From the IMG/VR virus record IMGVR_UViG_3300033148_004740, positions 62,473-126,472 of that record: a stretch of 64,000 bases of DNA; one strand, given 5' to 3'. This DNA comes from a virus. The translations under genes and the position numbers were made by a program. The notes under the pieces were generated by a model that saw nothing but the letters and a program-made list of their open reading frames with translations, ran no database searches and was not told the DNA's origin. This document shows, piece after piece, positions 53,879-62,850 of the stretch; position 1 is the stretch's first letter, and every line of letters starts with the position of its first letter.

Positions 53879-56488
53879 CTATCCTTCTTCATCTTCATCT
53901 TGGAGAAGGTGGTCACAGGCCGTTTCGGCATGCATTTTAACCGTACCTTCATCCCACTTGGGATTCTGTGTTCTCAAACGGGCCTTGGCTTTCTGAACAC
54001 ACTTGAGCCACCTGGCACGTTTACTCTTCGGGCCACCAAGCTCTCCTGCATCTTCTGTCTTCTCTTCCTTTTGCCAGGAATGTTTACAAGCCGGGCAATT
54101 ATAGAGATCTGCAGTGCCTGTCTTCAGTAATGCAGTTTTATCACACTTTGGGCATTTTTCTATTCCGCCCGTGTCAGGAAGAGGGACATCTGCTGGCTCG
54201 TCACTCATTGGAGTGCCAGGAGGTGGTGGAGGAAGAGATCTCTCTGAGTCTCTGATCGAATCCTCAATACCAGATAGAGGTTCTAGAGAACAGTAACAAT
54301 GAGCATGATATGGAGGAACAGTTTCGAGTGTCAGATTCTTTAGTCTGACCGATCCGTTGTGCCTCTTACAATCTTCACATACTGTCAAAGGAGCTCCAGC
54401 TGTAGACTCTACTTCTTTGACTTCCTTGGCACGCCAAGCAACTACCTGTCCCCAGGTAAACGCCTTCCTGATCTCTACATCTTCTATGAAGTCAGTCCTG
54501 TAGTTGAAAGCATCAAACACAGCTCTGACCTGCTCAGCTAGCTCTTCAGAACTAGTTAGCTCACGAGTTCTCTTCTTGAGAGCAGAAATCACATGATTAA
54601 CTAGGCGAGCCACATAGTGGTTAGCTCTGGTAGAGAATCGATTGCGGGCTACCGAAACAGTCTGTGGTTGGTTTTCTAAATAGGAGAAGGAGACAGAGTT
54701 GAAGCCTTGGCGAAATGCCATGACCTGCTCAGCAATTAGCCTTTGAATAGACGTATCCATAGCAGTCCGAATTAGCTGTGCTGTCCAGTCCTCATTGAAA
54801 CGTGCCTCCATAGCAGTCCTAAGGACCAGATCATTTGCCAGTTGTTCATAGGTTGCCTTGAGATAACCATCCTTCCTCTTAGGCTTAGACGGACGGGTAT
54901 TCGTATTGGGCTTCGGCTTAGCTTTAGCAACAGCTACCTTAGCCTTGGTTCTTTCCTTCTCTACAGCAATCTCAGCCTCTTGCTTCTGCTTGCCAGACTC
55001 ATCGATATCACCCTGTGTGGTCTCGAGAGAAGAACTCCTTGCTACTGCTCTAGCAGTCGGAGTCCAAGGTTCATCGAGAGACTGGATGATGAGAGTTGGT
55101 TCCTCAAAAAGCTTCCAACGCGTACGATGCCATTCTGGATAGAGCTCAGCAGTATCCTGCTCTGATTCAATTTCCTTCCTAGAAGGAATCTGTAGAGGCT
55201 CATAGCCAGATGCACGACGTGCCTCATCATGTGTAATGACGTCTTTATTGAACTGATCTGCATGATGAGCGTCTTTCTTGATCTGAGCGTCAACATCAAT
55301 CTCCTTGAACTTCAAGAAGCAGACATTGTCGTCATTGAGGACATCGTCACCAAAAGTAGATTCCAGAAGGAGCTCATTGAGCACAAATTCGTTAACAAAG
55401 GTCTCTGCCACCTGCTGAAAGTCTTTGACTGCATCAATAAGGTTACGAGACATATTGTCAGCCGTTGCACGGTTAGCGGTCTCTCCTTCACCCATATCAA
55501 CAGCAGAGATGGCTAGGCCGGCAAAGACACGCTTCTTGAAATGCTCAAGGTACCCCTCTGCTCGCAGTGCCTGATTCTCTGCTCCAATGACACGTATCTC
55601 ATGTCGGAACGGAGTGACAATACCACCCTCGGTAGGCATGAACTCAATCTCTTGCTTTACTACATCGATTTCACGACGACCATCTTCGGTCATGCCTGCA
55701 GGTGATTCCTTAGTCCCTACTACGTATTGGAACATAGGAAAGAGATGAGCATAGACAAGGAGCTCAACATTCTCTTCAATCTTTCGAAGAGCTCGAACAT
55801 CATCTACGACTGGAGTTAGAACTGGGGTACCAAAGATAAATCCTTCTTTCCTGTCATAATGGAAATGGACTACATCTTTAGGGCTAAAGTCCTTATAGTC
55901 ACCAGAGGGCATCCTTTGTCGCCATCGAGTAATCTTGTTCCCACTCCCCATTTTGAAGCTCATCGTTTCAGCAGGAGCAACAAAGTAGCCAGCGATTGGC
56001 TTCAGATCAACGTTAGCCCCAGGTTCCCTGCGGAGTCGACCACCAGATGACTCAGTCTTACGGACCTTGATGAGAAAAGCGTTTGATTTACGGATCAATC
56101 CAGATCCAATATCTCTCATGAGGCTACGGGTGGGGACCCCAGTCGCTCGAGATATCTGAGCAAAACGCATCTTAAGATATTTGATAGTTCGCAGATTCTT
56201 TCCAGTGATATCCCAGCCCTCTTTGAACATGAGGGCAACCTTCTTGTCAAAAGCCTGACGAACATAGCTATCGGTATCTTCGACTCTACCAATCTCGGCC
56301 AAATTATATTCAGCCTGTTCAAAGGCACCGCGACCAATTACTCGCGAACTCTGATAACCCAGGGTTGGGTTATTGATTCGCTTGATCATAGCGGGCTTCT
56401 TGGTGTCGGGAATCGAGACCTCGATATCAGGAACTTTGTCCTGTACCTCGTTCTTCTTCTCGAAGAGTCTCAGCCCAAAGATTTTCAA
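53879..56488 (-). CDS. Portal protein with a C-terminal MuF-like (SPP1 gp7) and Zn-ribbon extension
   Basis: TTG start with AAGGAG; portal motifs LIRKSNAFL, DVVHFHYDR..GFIFGTP, FKKRVFAGLAIS..DMGEGETANRATA, DVITHDEARR..GYEP; CEDCKRHNG...VPPYHAHCYC; CPKC...CPAC. Confidence 0.88.
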   Translation of the reverse strand: MKIFGLRLFEKKNEVQDKVPDIEVSIPDTKKPAMIKRINNPTLGYQSSRVIGRGAFEQAEYNLAEIGRVEDTDSYVRQAFDKKVALMFKEGWDITGKNLRTIKYLKMRFAQISRATGVPTRSLMRDIGSGLIRKSNAFLIKVRKTESSGGRLRREPGANVDLKPIAGYFVAPAETMSFKMGSGNKITRWRQRMPSGDYKDFSPKDVVHFHYDRKEGFIFGTPVLTPVVDDVRALRKIEENVELLVYAHLFPMFQYVVGTKESPAGMTEDGRREIDVVKQEIEFMPTEGGIVTPFRHEIRVIGAENQALRAEGYLEHFKKRVFAGLAISAVDMGEGETANRATADNMSRNLIDAVKDFQQVAETFVNEFVLNELLLESTFGDDVLNDDNVCFLKFKEIDVDAQIKKDAHHADQFNKDVITHDEARRASGYEPLQIPSRKEIESEQDTAELYPEWHRTRWKLFEEPTLIIQSLDEPWTPTARAVARSSSLETTQGDIDESGKQKQEAEIAVEKERTKAKVAVAKAKPKPNTNTRPSKPKRKDGYLKATYEQLANDLVLRTAMEARFNEDWTAQLIRTAMDTSIQRLIAEQVMAFRQGFNSVSFSYLENQPQTVSVARNRFSTRANHYVARLVNHVISALKKRTRELTSSEELAEQVRAVFDAFNYRTDFIEDVEIRKAFTWGQVVAWRAKEVKEVESTAGAPLTVCEDCKRHNGSVRLKNLTLETVPPYHAHCYCSLEPLSGIEDSIRDSERSLPPPPPGTPMSDEPADVPLPDTGGIEKCPKCDKTALLKTGTADLYNCPACKHSWQKEEKTEDAGELGGPKSKRARWLKCVQKAKARLRTQNPKWDEGTVKMHAETACDHLLQDEDEEG

Positions 56489-56500
56489 GAGGCTTTCTCC

Positions 56501-59029
56501 TTATACGGTATTCAGCTCTCTAATCCATGTATTGACCTTCTCTGCATCCGCGACCGAAGTCACAAGTGGACACTTGAAGGTTACAGAGACTGGAGTCTCT
56601 ACTGCGTCGGCCAATCTCGCAATCTCGGAGTCTAAGACCGGATCACCGGTAAATTCTATCAAAGACTTTAAGTTCTGCCTAGTGCCAGCCGGTTGACCAG
56701 CCGACTGGCCAGCCTCGAGAGAGGCTACAACATCATCAATGGCACCTTTTACAGCATCAGAGTCCTCGATAATATTGATGTTCCCAAACTCATCAGTAAG
56801 CACAGTGAACCCTTGGCGCTGTGGAACAAGGGAATGTACCTCTACTTCATTTGCCAGATCGTCGCAATCAAGTCCCTTAGACAGGGCCACAACTATGGCA
56901 ATGATAATTGAAATGAGCTTGATGATCTCGAGTTTCTTGAAGAGCTTGATAGAGATCATATTGTTGGTTCCAAAGATGTCCCCCATTAGTTTCTTGAACT
57001 CGTCAACTAGTTCTACAAAAAAGGTCTCAATCGCTTCGATAATCTCACGCACATACTGAATAATTTTTTGGAAGAGAGAGCGCACCATTTGTTTTAGCTC
57101 CCTTAACTCCTGAGCTCTCTGCTGTGCTTCAGAGAAGCTTTGTTCTGAGACGGCTTCGTTGAGCTCAGCTCGAGCCTTCTCTAGTTCGTCATAATACTGC
57201 TTACGCTGCTTATCATCGCGCATGTCAACATCACCAAGCTTTTTGCGAATCTTGGCGAGAGCAGCATTTGCATCGTCTACATCCTGCTGTTCCTTTTTCT
57301 TTTGTGCAGAGACTGTAAACTCTGTCCCAGGAATACCAAGATAAGGACTAACCTCTTCATGAATATTGAACTCTGCTCGTGGAACCTTCAGGTCCAGATC
57401 AGGGAGACGCTTATTTGTAAAGGGAAGAGGAATCTTTGAAGCTGCGACATGGACACCTGGTCCCTCTGTTCCAAATTGCACATTGAATGCCGCCCCTCCT
57501 TGGAAGAGTTGGCTCCAGTCAGCTTTCTCCAAGAAGGCGATCATGGAGTCAATTAGACAGTTCAGTGGCTTAAGAATCAGCATCAGGAACTGGGTTACTG
57601 TATTGATGATCACACTCAAGAACGGAGTAATCAACGGAGCAATCAAGCCTAGGATGATATCAAAAAGATTAGTTAGTTCAAAAGCTAGTTTCATCAACAG
57701 GGCCATGAATGCTGCGATAAGCTTTGCCAGATCTGGAATACAGACGAACTTGGTGAAGAAGTCCTTCAGTGCACACAGGTCTATATATGACTCTTCGAAG
57801 TCCCAGAACTTGAGCATATTGGCAAGCTGTTTCAGCTGGTTGAGGTACTGGTCCTTGATAAAGAGGAGCTGTTCATAGATCTCTTCCCAAATCTTTCCAA
57901 ACCCCAGCTCGCCAAAATCTATCCTATCTAGACACGGAATACAGTCCTTGATCCAATCGGCGAACCAGTCTTTCTTCTTGTAAGCTTCTGCATCTTCCTC
58001 TGCTTCACCCTGACCTTTCATCCCAGACTCTCTATCAACCATGATTTGGTTTGCCTGAGCTTGTATCAAGAAGGCGTTAGCATTAGTACGCATACCATTC
58101 AAGGTTGGGGTCATCATAGCAAAGACGGACTCTTCTGTTGTACAGAAATGGGCGGCTCGCTCAAATGTCTTAGTAAGGTTTTGACAATCCTGGAACTTGA
58201 ATGGTTCACTAACCTTTGGTTCTCGAGCTGCTATCCCTGTCAGGTCAGGGGCCTGACTTGACCTTACAGACTCAAGGGTGGCCTCGGTAAGACTATCAAT
58301 CTGGACCTTAGGGATCTTCTTAACAGAATCTTCTGCTGCACCAATAAATTGCTCTGCTCTAGTATTTTTTGGAACCTTTGCAATCTTCTTTGGAAGGAAG
58401 GGGAGAGGGATGATAGGACGAATAAAGTTCTCCCAAAGAAAGTTCACGAAAAGCTTGATTAGAAGGTCCTGGGTCTCTTCCATGTCCAGAGGAGGAACAA
58501 TCTGAGCATTCTTGTTCAGCTCTGGTCGAAGCCCACCATTTGCAGCTTCAGGGGAACCAAAGCCGCCAATTTGGCTTAGGTTCGTCTTCTGGACATCATC
58601 AGCATTATCAAGATCCTTTCTGGCCTTGTTAATATCATCAGCTGAGATTGCTGCCTTCTTAGCTGTCTCAATGCCATGATCTCTCTGCTGGTCTTTACAG
58701 TTCCTATACTGATCATAGTTGATCTCGTTGGGGTTATCATCTGGATAGAGACGGCGCATAGAGGAGATAGCGGCAGCGTCTATCCCTGGGTCAAGAGCAA
58801 TGACCATTCCGGACGCTCGTAGGTCTGCTCGAGCCTGTACAGCTGCTGCAAGAGTATCTACTGCCTTAGCAAGAGCAACAGTTTGATCAACCTCTTTTTG
58901 GATGCCTTCTATCTGTAAAGGTTGAGGAATAGGAGTCGGAACAACAGAGGTAACCTCCGGCTCAACAAATTCAATGTTGGGCCGAAACTCGAGTATATCT
59001 CTACTGTCTTTGTCCAATCTCTTAGACAT
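56501..59029 (-). CDS. Large helical Cys-containing protein with hydrophobic segments, function unknown, 842 aa
   Basis: Between terminase and portal; LAKLIAAFMALLMKLAF...IILGLIAPLITPFLSVII; IIKLISIIIAIVVAL; CIPC and other Cys motifs. Confidence 0.7.
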   Translation of the reverse strand: MSKRLDKDSRDILEFRPNIEFVEPEVTSVVPTPIPQPLQIEGIQKEVDQTVALAKAVDTLAAAVQARADLRASGMVIALDPGIDAAAISSMRRLYPDDNPNEINYDQYRNCKDQQRDHGIETAKKAAISADDINKARKDLDNADDVQKTNLSQIGGFGSPEAANGGLRPELNKNAQIVPPLDMEETQDLLIKLFVNFLWENFIRPIIPLPFLPKKIAKVPKNTRAEQFIGAAEDSVKKIPKVQIDSLTEATLESVRSSQAPDLTGIAAREPKVSEPFKFQDCQNLTKTFERAAHFCTTEESVFAMMTPTLNGMRTNANAFLIQAQANQIMVDRESGMKGQGEAEEDAEAYKKKDWFADWIKDCIPCLDRIDFGELGFGKIWEEIYEQLLFIKDQYLNQLKQLANMLKFWDFEESYIDLCALKDFFTKFVCIPDLAKLIAAFMALLMKLAFELTNLFDIILGLIAPLITPFLSVIINTVTQFLMLILKPLNCLIDSMIAFLEKADWSQLFQGGAAFNVQFGTEGPGVHVAASKIPLPFTNKRLPDLDLKVPRAEFNIHEEVSPYLGIPGTEFTVSAQKKKEQQDVDDANAALAKIRKKLGDVDMRDDKQRKQYYDELEKARAELNEAVSEQSFSEAQQRAQELRELKQMVRSLFQKIIQYVREIIEAIETFFVELVDEFKKLMGDIFGTNNMISIKLFKKLEIIKLISIIIAIVVALSKGLDCDDLANEVEVHSLVPQRQGFTVLTDEFGNINIIEDSDAVKGAIDDVVASLEAGQSAGQPAGTRQNLKSLIEFTGDPVLDSEIARLADAVETPVSVTFKCPLVTSVADAEKVNTWIRELNTV

Positions 59030-59038
59030 TCAAACTCC

Positions 59039-59455
59039 TTACGACTCGTCGAAGTCAATTCTCAATGAGACACTCTGAAAGGAAGAGACAGGAGCTCGAA
59101 GTGGAACCTCTATCCGCACCCAAAAAGGGGCATAGGTGGTTGTGTCCAAAATATCACTCAGAGAAATCGTATTACCATCTGATTCATTGGCCCATTGTGT
59201 AGAAGTAGGCTTTGAATCGCCAGCAATAAACTTCCAAGAATACCCAGTCGAACCGTCTACGAGGTCATCACCACCGTCAACGGCAAGAACTTGAATACTC
59301 GAATAATTTTTTGCGCCATTGTCATTTCTGACATAGAGCCTCTTCTCGATTGCTCCACCAGTCACACCGTCTATCGAGACAGAAAACGGAGTGGCAAAAC
59401 CACCATCGTCACTGAACTTGCTACCAGAGTCCGCAGAACTGTAGATTCCTAACAT
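59039..59455 (-). CDS. Small beta-sandwich virion protein, 138 aa
   Basis: KRLYVRND...PFWVRIEVP...LRID pattern, loosely like 1994..2548. Confidence 0.55.
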   Translation of the reverse strand: MLGIYSSADSGSKFSDDGGFATPFSVSIDGVTGGAIEKRLYVRNDNGAKNYSSIQVLAVDGGDDLVDGSTGYSWKFIAGDSKPTSTQWANESDGNTISLSDILDTTTYAPFWVRIEVPLRAPVSSFQSVSLRIDFDES

Positions 59456-59476
59456 GTTCTCACCTCAGAGAAGGCA

Positions 59477-61516
59477 TTATATATGCTTTCGGCTAGGCCT
59501 TCTACTTCTTCTTGACCCAAACCCCAATCTTTTTCGTGTATTTGCTGAGTCAGGAATCCCTCGTGCACCAGGTTTTGGTTCGTCACGATTAAAGCCTGAG
59601 GGATCCCACAACTTAACAGAAGTCTCCCTAAGGTTACCAGCAGGCAGACCCTTGTCCGCAAACAAGGTCTGTTGCCGCATAGGCTCTGATCGAGCCATTG
59701 TTGGCCTCGTTCTATCCCTAGCTGTCTCATTCTTTTGCTTAAGATCTCCCTGGATGATAAGGTCTCCCTCCCCAGTTAGAGGAGTAAGCTTATCTCCAAA
59801 GTAACCAGAGAAAGCAACATCTGTTGCATACTGAGGCTGACCAAAAGGAGAAGACTCGAGGACAAAGGCTACCAGAGCACACATCACAGAGTCAAGGACA
59901 TGGTCGCCAGCTGATTCGTCTGCTGCTGCATAAATTGGAACCCCGCTCTGAGAAATATTTTTGACAACATACCCAAGTAGCTGACGCTCAAAGAGATCAT
60001 CCTTCTCCGGGAATATGAAGTCCCCAGACTCAAAACGACGCACAGTGCTCTCTACCAGGAACGACTTTGCTGGCTTCTTCACAGGCTGCTTAGTAAACAG
60101 GTCTCTTACCTCTATAGTGCTACCAAACTTGTACTGCTTAACAATGTCCTTGAGCTTAGCATCTGGATGGTTTGGTCCCTTAGTCCCATCGATAGTTGAG
60201 TCAAAGCCATATTTGCGGAGGATCTCAAACTGAGTTCCGCCAAAGCCTGAGTCAACATAGATAGCCATCGGATGCCAGATCCTATTCAGTTCAGCAACTT
60301 TCTGACAAGCAGCTAGCTGTGTCCAACCATCTCTCGAGACTGTGTGACGATCTACCAGCACAAATTTGTTTCTGCTGGGATCAAATCCCACAACTGCAAT
60401 ACAGCTACCATTCTTAGTATCGTTCCAGTCCACCCCAAAGGTATAGGTCCAGTGCTTGTAGTACTTGAACTCACCATACTGAAAACGTCTCTTAGCATTC
60501 TGTACATACGTGTTCTGGAAGACACCCTCTTCTTGCTCTCCAAACTCAGCAAGGACTTCATGCTGATACCCAATCTCTGTGTAGGCTGTACGGAACTGCC
60601 TTTCTGTCTCGTCTGTGAACATCGGGTTAATAGAAGATGGATAGTAGAACTCGCGATAGGTCTTATCGAAGCAAGTGTGATAGAAGCGCTCTCTCCTTCC
60701 AGAAGGAGTAGAGCTCATCCACACGTGAGCCTTTGGGAAGTTGGTAGTGATAGCCATCGCAGAATCCAAGTCTCCAGATGACAGATAGTCAGCCTCATCA
60801 AAGATCAACATGTGAGCATGCTGACCACGGATGTTCTGCGCGTCACCACCAGACTTCGTTCCTGCGGTAAAACCACGAACCTCAGATTTGTTGTGTAGCT
60901 TGATACTATAGTTAGGGGCCTTGACTGAACGCTGAATAGAGCTAGCAGTCAAAGGCGATGAAGAGATAAGGTCGTATATCCGATTGAAGACAACCTCAAT
61001 CTGTGTCTGCATTGGGGCTACCAAACAAACTTCAAATCCTTCGTTCTCTGCACAGTTCGGCTGAGTGAACATATGGTAAAGGATTGAGACAACAATCGCC
61101 TCAGTCTTTCCTGCCTGACGACCAATGCGGAAGATCTTGTACTTAGCTGAGCATCTAAGCATCTCTGCCTGATAGGGACGGTGGTAGCGAGACTTCCCTA
61201 AGATAGAGGCACCAGGGTTATCGTCCACCCACTCTTGGTACTCGGCTGGATTCTTTCTCTTCCAAATAGCTCCATCAGGATCGAGACAATGCCAATCCAA
61301 GACTTGTATCGCCCACTCAACAGGATCGAGAACAGACAGAGCAGTCAGCTGCTCTTCGTCATTCATTCCACTGAATAGAGATAGCTGCCTTCTGTGATCA
61401 GTGATTCCGTCACAACGGATGTCAAATGATTCGCCCGCCTCTAGCTTGTGCTTCCCTTTGTATCCTCGGATACAGGTAATACAGTCGTTACTGCACTGTT
61501 GTAGATCTAACGCCAT
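59477..61516 (-). CDS. terL: Terminase large subunit
   Basis: RPYQ; Walker A RIGRQAGKTE; Walker B LIFDEAD; coupling motif MSSTP; nuclease FGVDWN, YVDSG, DHVLDS. Confidence 0.95.
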   Translation of the reverse strand: MALDLQQCSNDCITCIRGYKGKHKLEAGESFDIRCDGITDHRRQLSLFSGMNDEEQLTALSVLDPVEWAIQVLDWHCLDPDGAIWKRKNPAEYQEWVDDNPGASILGKSRYHRPYQAEMLRCSAKYKIFRIGRQAGKTEAIVVSILYHMFTQPNCAENEGFEVCLVAPMQTQIEVVFNRIYDLISSSPLTASSIQRSVKAPNYSIKLHNKSEVRGFTAGTKSGGDAQNIRGQHAHMLIFDEADYLSSGDLDSAMAITTNFPKAHVWMSSTPSGRRERFYHTCFDKTYREFYYPSSINPMFTDETERQFRTAYTEIGYQHEVLAEFGEQEEGVFQNTYVQNAKRRFQYGEFKYYKHWTYTFGVDWNDTKNGSCIAVVGFDPSRNKFVLVDRHTVSRDGWTQLAACQKVAELNRIWHPMAIYVDSGFGGTQFEILRKYGFDSTIDGTKGPNHPDAKLKDIVKQYKFGSTIEVRDLFTKQPVKKPAKSFLVESTVRRFESGDFIFPEKDDLFERQLLGYVVKNISQSGVPIYAAADESAGDHVLDSVMCALVAFVLESSPFGQPQYATDVAFSGYFGDKLTPLTGEGDLIIQGDLKQKNETARDRTRPTMARSEPMRQQTLFADKGLPAGNLRETSVKLWDPSGFNRDEPKPGARGIPDSANTRKRLGFGSRRSRRPSRKHI

Positions 61517-61519
61517 TAA

Positions 61520-61930
61520 TTATAGGCCCATCGCCGTAAAGGCATTGATCCCTTCGTTGGTTACTATTCTCCTACCTGAGCGGAAGTTCCCTCGTGCATG
61601 TGAGAACATAGAGCGGCCAGCAAGACCAGCACTTCTTCCGACGCCAAGACCTCGAGCTCGTGAGTGAGCAAAACGTCTAGCTCCAAAGCCTCCATAATAT
61701 CCTACACCTGCTCCCATAGCTGCGCCGCCAAGAACACTCGTGTCACTAGACATCATACCCCATCCAGCTCCTGCTCCTGCTCCGATAATAGCTCGCCTAC
61801 CATGGGGACTAGCCCAAGCACCGCGTGCTGCATTATTCAAATAGCCACCTCGAGCCACAGAGGCGCTTGCTCGTCCCCAAAGACGATCAGCACCGGCTCG
61901 TCCAGCTGCCCAAGCTCCTCCAATCATCAC
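61520..61930 (-). CDS. Small Gly/Ala/Arg-rich protein with glycine-zipper segments
   Basis: AIIGAGAGAGWGMM and VLGGAAMGAGVGYYGGF; basic. Confidence 0.6.
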   Translation of the reverse strand: MMIGGAWAAGRAGADRLWGRASASVARGGYLNNAARGAWASPHGRRAIIGAGAGAGWGMMSSDTSVLGGAAMGAGVGYYGGFGARRFAHSRARGLGVGRSAGLAGRSMFSHARGNFRSGRRIVTNEGINAFTAMGL

Positions 61931-62850
61931 TACCTCCTGTAGGCCCCGTCATGCATTAGGATACCTTCGTTACCCATAGCCATTCTACCGTTGATGTGCG
62001 TATTGTTCAACGCCATCAAACTTCTCTGTCTAGTTGTCGCCACTGTCCCGAATGGGTCTACAATAGGAGCTCCCATCTCTAGGCTCTTCATTTGCTTACC
62101 ATACTCTTGAGCTGCTTCTCCAAACTGATAGAAGCCATAGGCTCCACCAGCAGCGATAGCAAGAGGAGCAAGAACACCTGCACCAATACCAGCTTTAGCT
62201 AGAAGAGCAATACCGGCGCGCATAGCTCCCCACTCTGCTCCAAACCTAACCCCTGCTCCAACCGCTCCAGTAACTCCACCTTCCTGATAGCCAGTGTACA
62301 TAGCATGGGCAGCAAACCCAACACCAAGAGCATGCCCTGCTATACCCATGCCTCCCATCTTTCCACCAGCACCCTTGAACGCCGCCCTTACCCCTCTCTC
62401 TTTGATAAAGTGTCCAGCTGCACGGAATTGACCAGCTTTCTGAGCAGCTCCCCTTAGGGCTTGACCTCTAAGACCAGCTGTCCTAGCTCCAGTAGAGATT
62501 TGACCATGGATGGAGTGGCTTCTTGTCTGAAAGCTTCCCATTCCCCAACTAGGAGCATGGCCTTGACCAAACATCCTGCCATATCTTCCAGCTGCCGATG
62601 TTCCCATACCTAAGAAGCCAGCAGAACTATACTGTCCAGTACGACTGAACATGGTTCCTTTACCAGATCCGAGTAGCCCCTGACCACGTGGGTCTTGCAT
62701 GAAACCAAACGACTCAGCAAAGCCGACGCCCATTTCCTTTCCTATGGTGGTTCCGCCAGCAAAGCTAAGAGCTTGTGATCCAGCACGATGAGCACTACCT
62801 GCCCATGTCCCCGCTACTGCTCTAAACTTAGCTGCTTGATCAGAAGCCAT
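61930..62850 (-). CDS. Gly/Ala-rich membrane-type protein (putative ejection/pilot protein), 306 aa
   Basis: GIAGHALGVGFAAHAMY, GAVGAGV, AGIALLAKAGIGAGVLAPLAIAAGGAYGFY; TAATG coupling. Confidence 0.6.
   Translation of the reverse strand: MASDQAAKFRAVAGTWAGSAHRAGSQALSFAGGTTIGKEMGVGFAESFGFMQDPRGQGLLGSGKGTMFSRTGQYSSAGFLGMGTSAAGRYGRMFGQGHAPSWGMGSFQTRSHSIHGQISTGARTAGLRGQALRGAAQKAGQFRAAGHFIKERGVRAAFKGAGGKMGGMGIAGHALGVGFAAHAMYTGYQEGGVTGAVGAGVRFGAEWGAMRAGIALLAKAGIGAGVLAPLAIAAGGAYGFYQFGEAAQEYGKQMKSLEMGAPIVDPFGTVATTRQRSLMALNNTHINGRMAMGNEGILMHDGAYRR

Noticed and set aside
59477-61516. Intein or intron in terL or the portal/capsid genes
   Set aside because: Motifs are normally spaced; no C-x...HN splice junctions, no LAGLIDADG/HNH insert and no frame interruptions.
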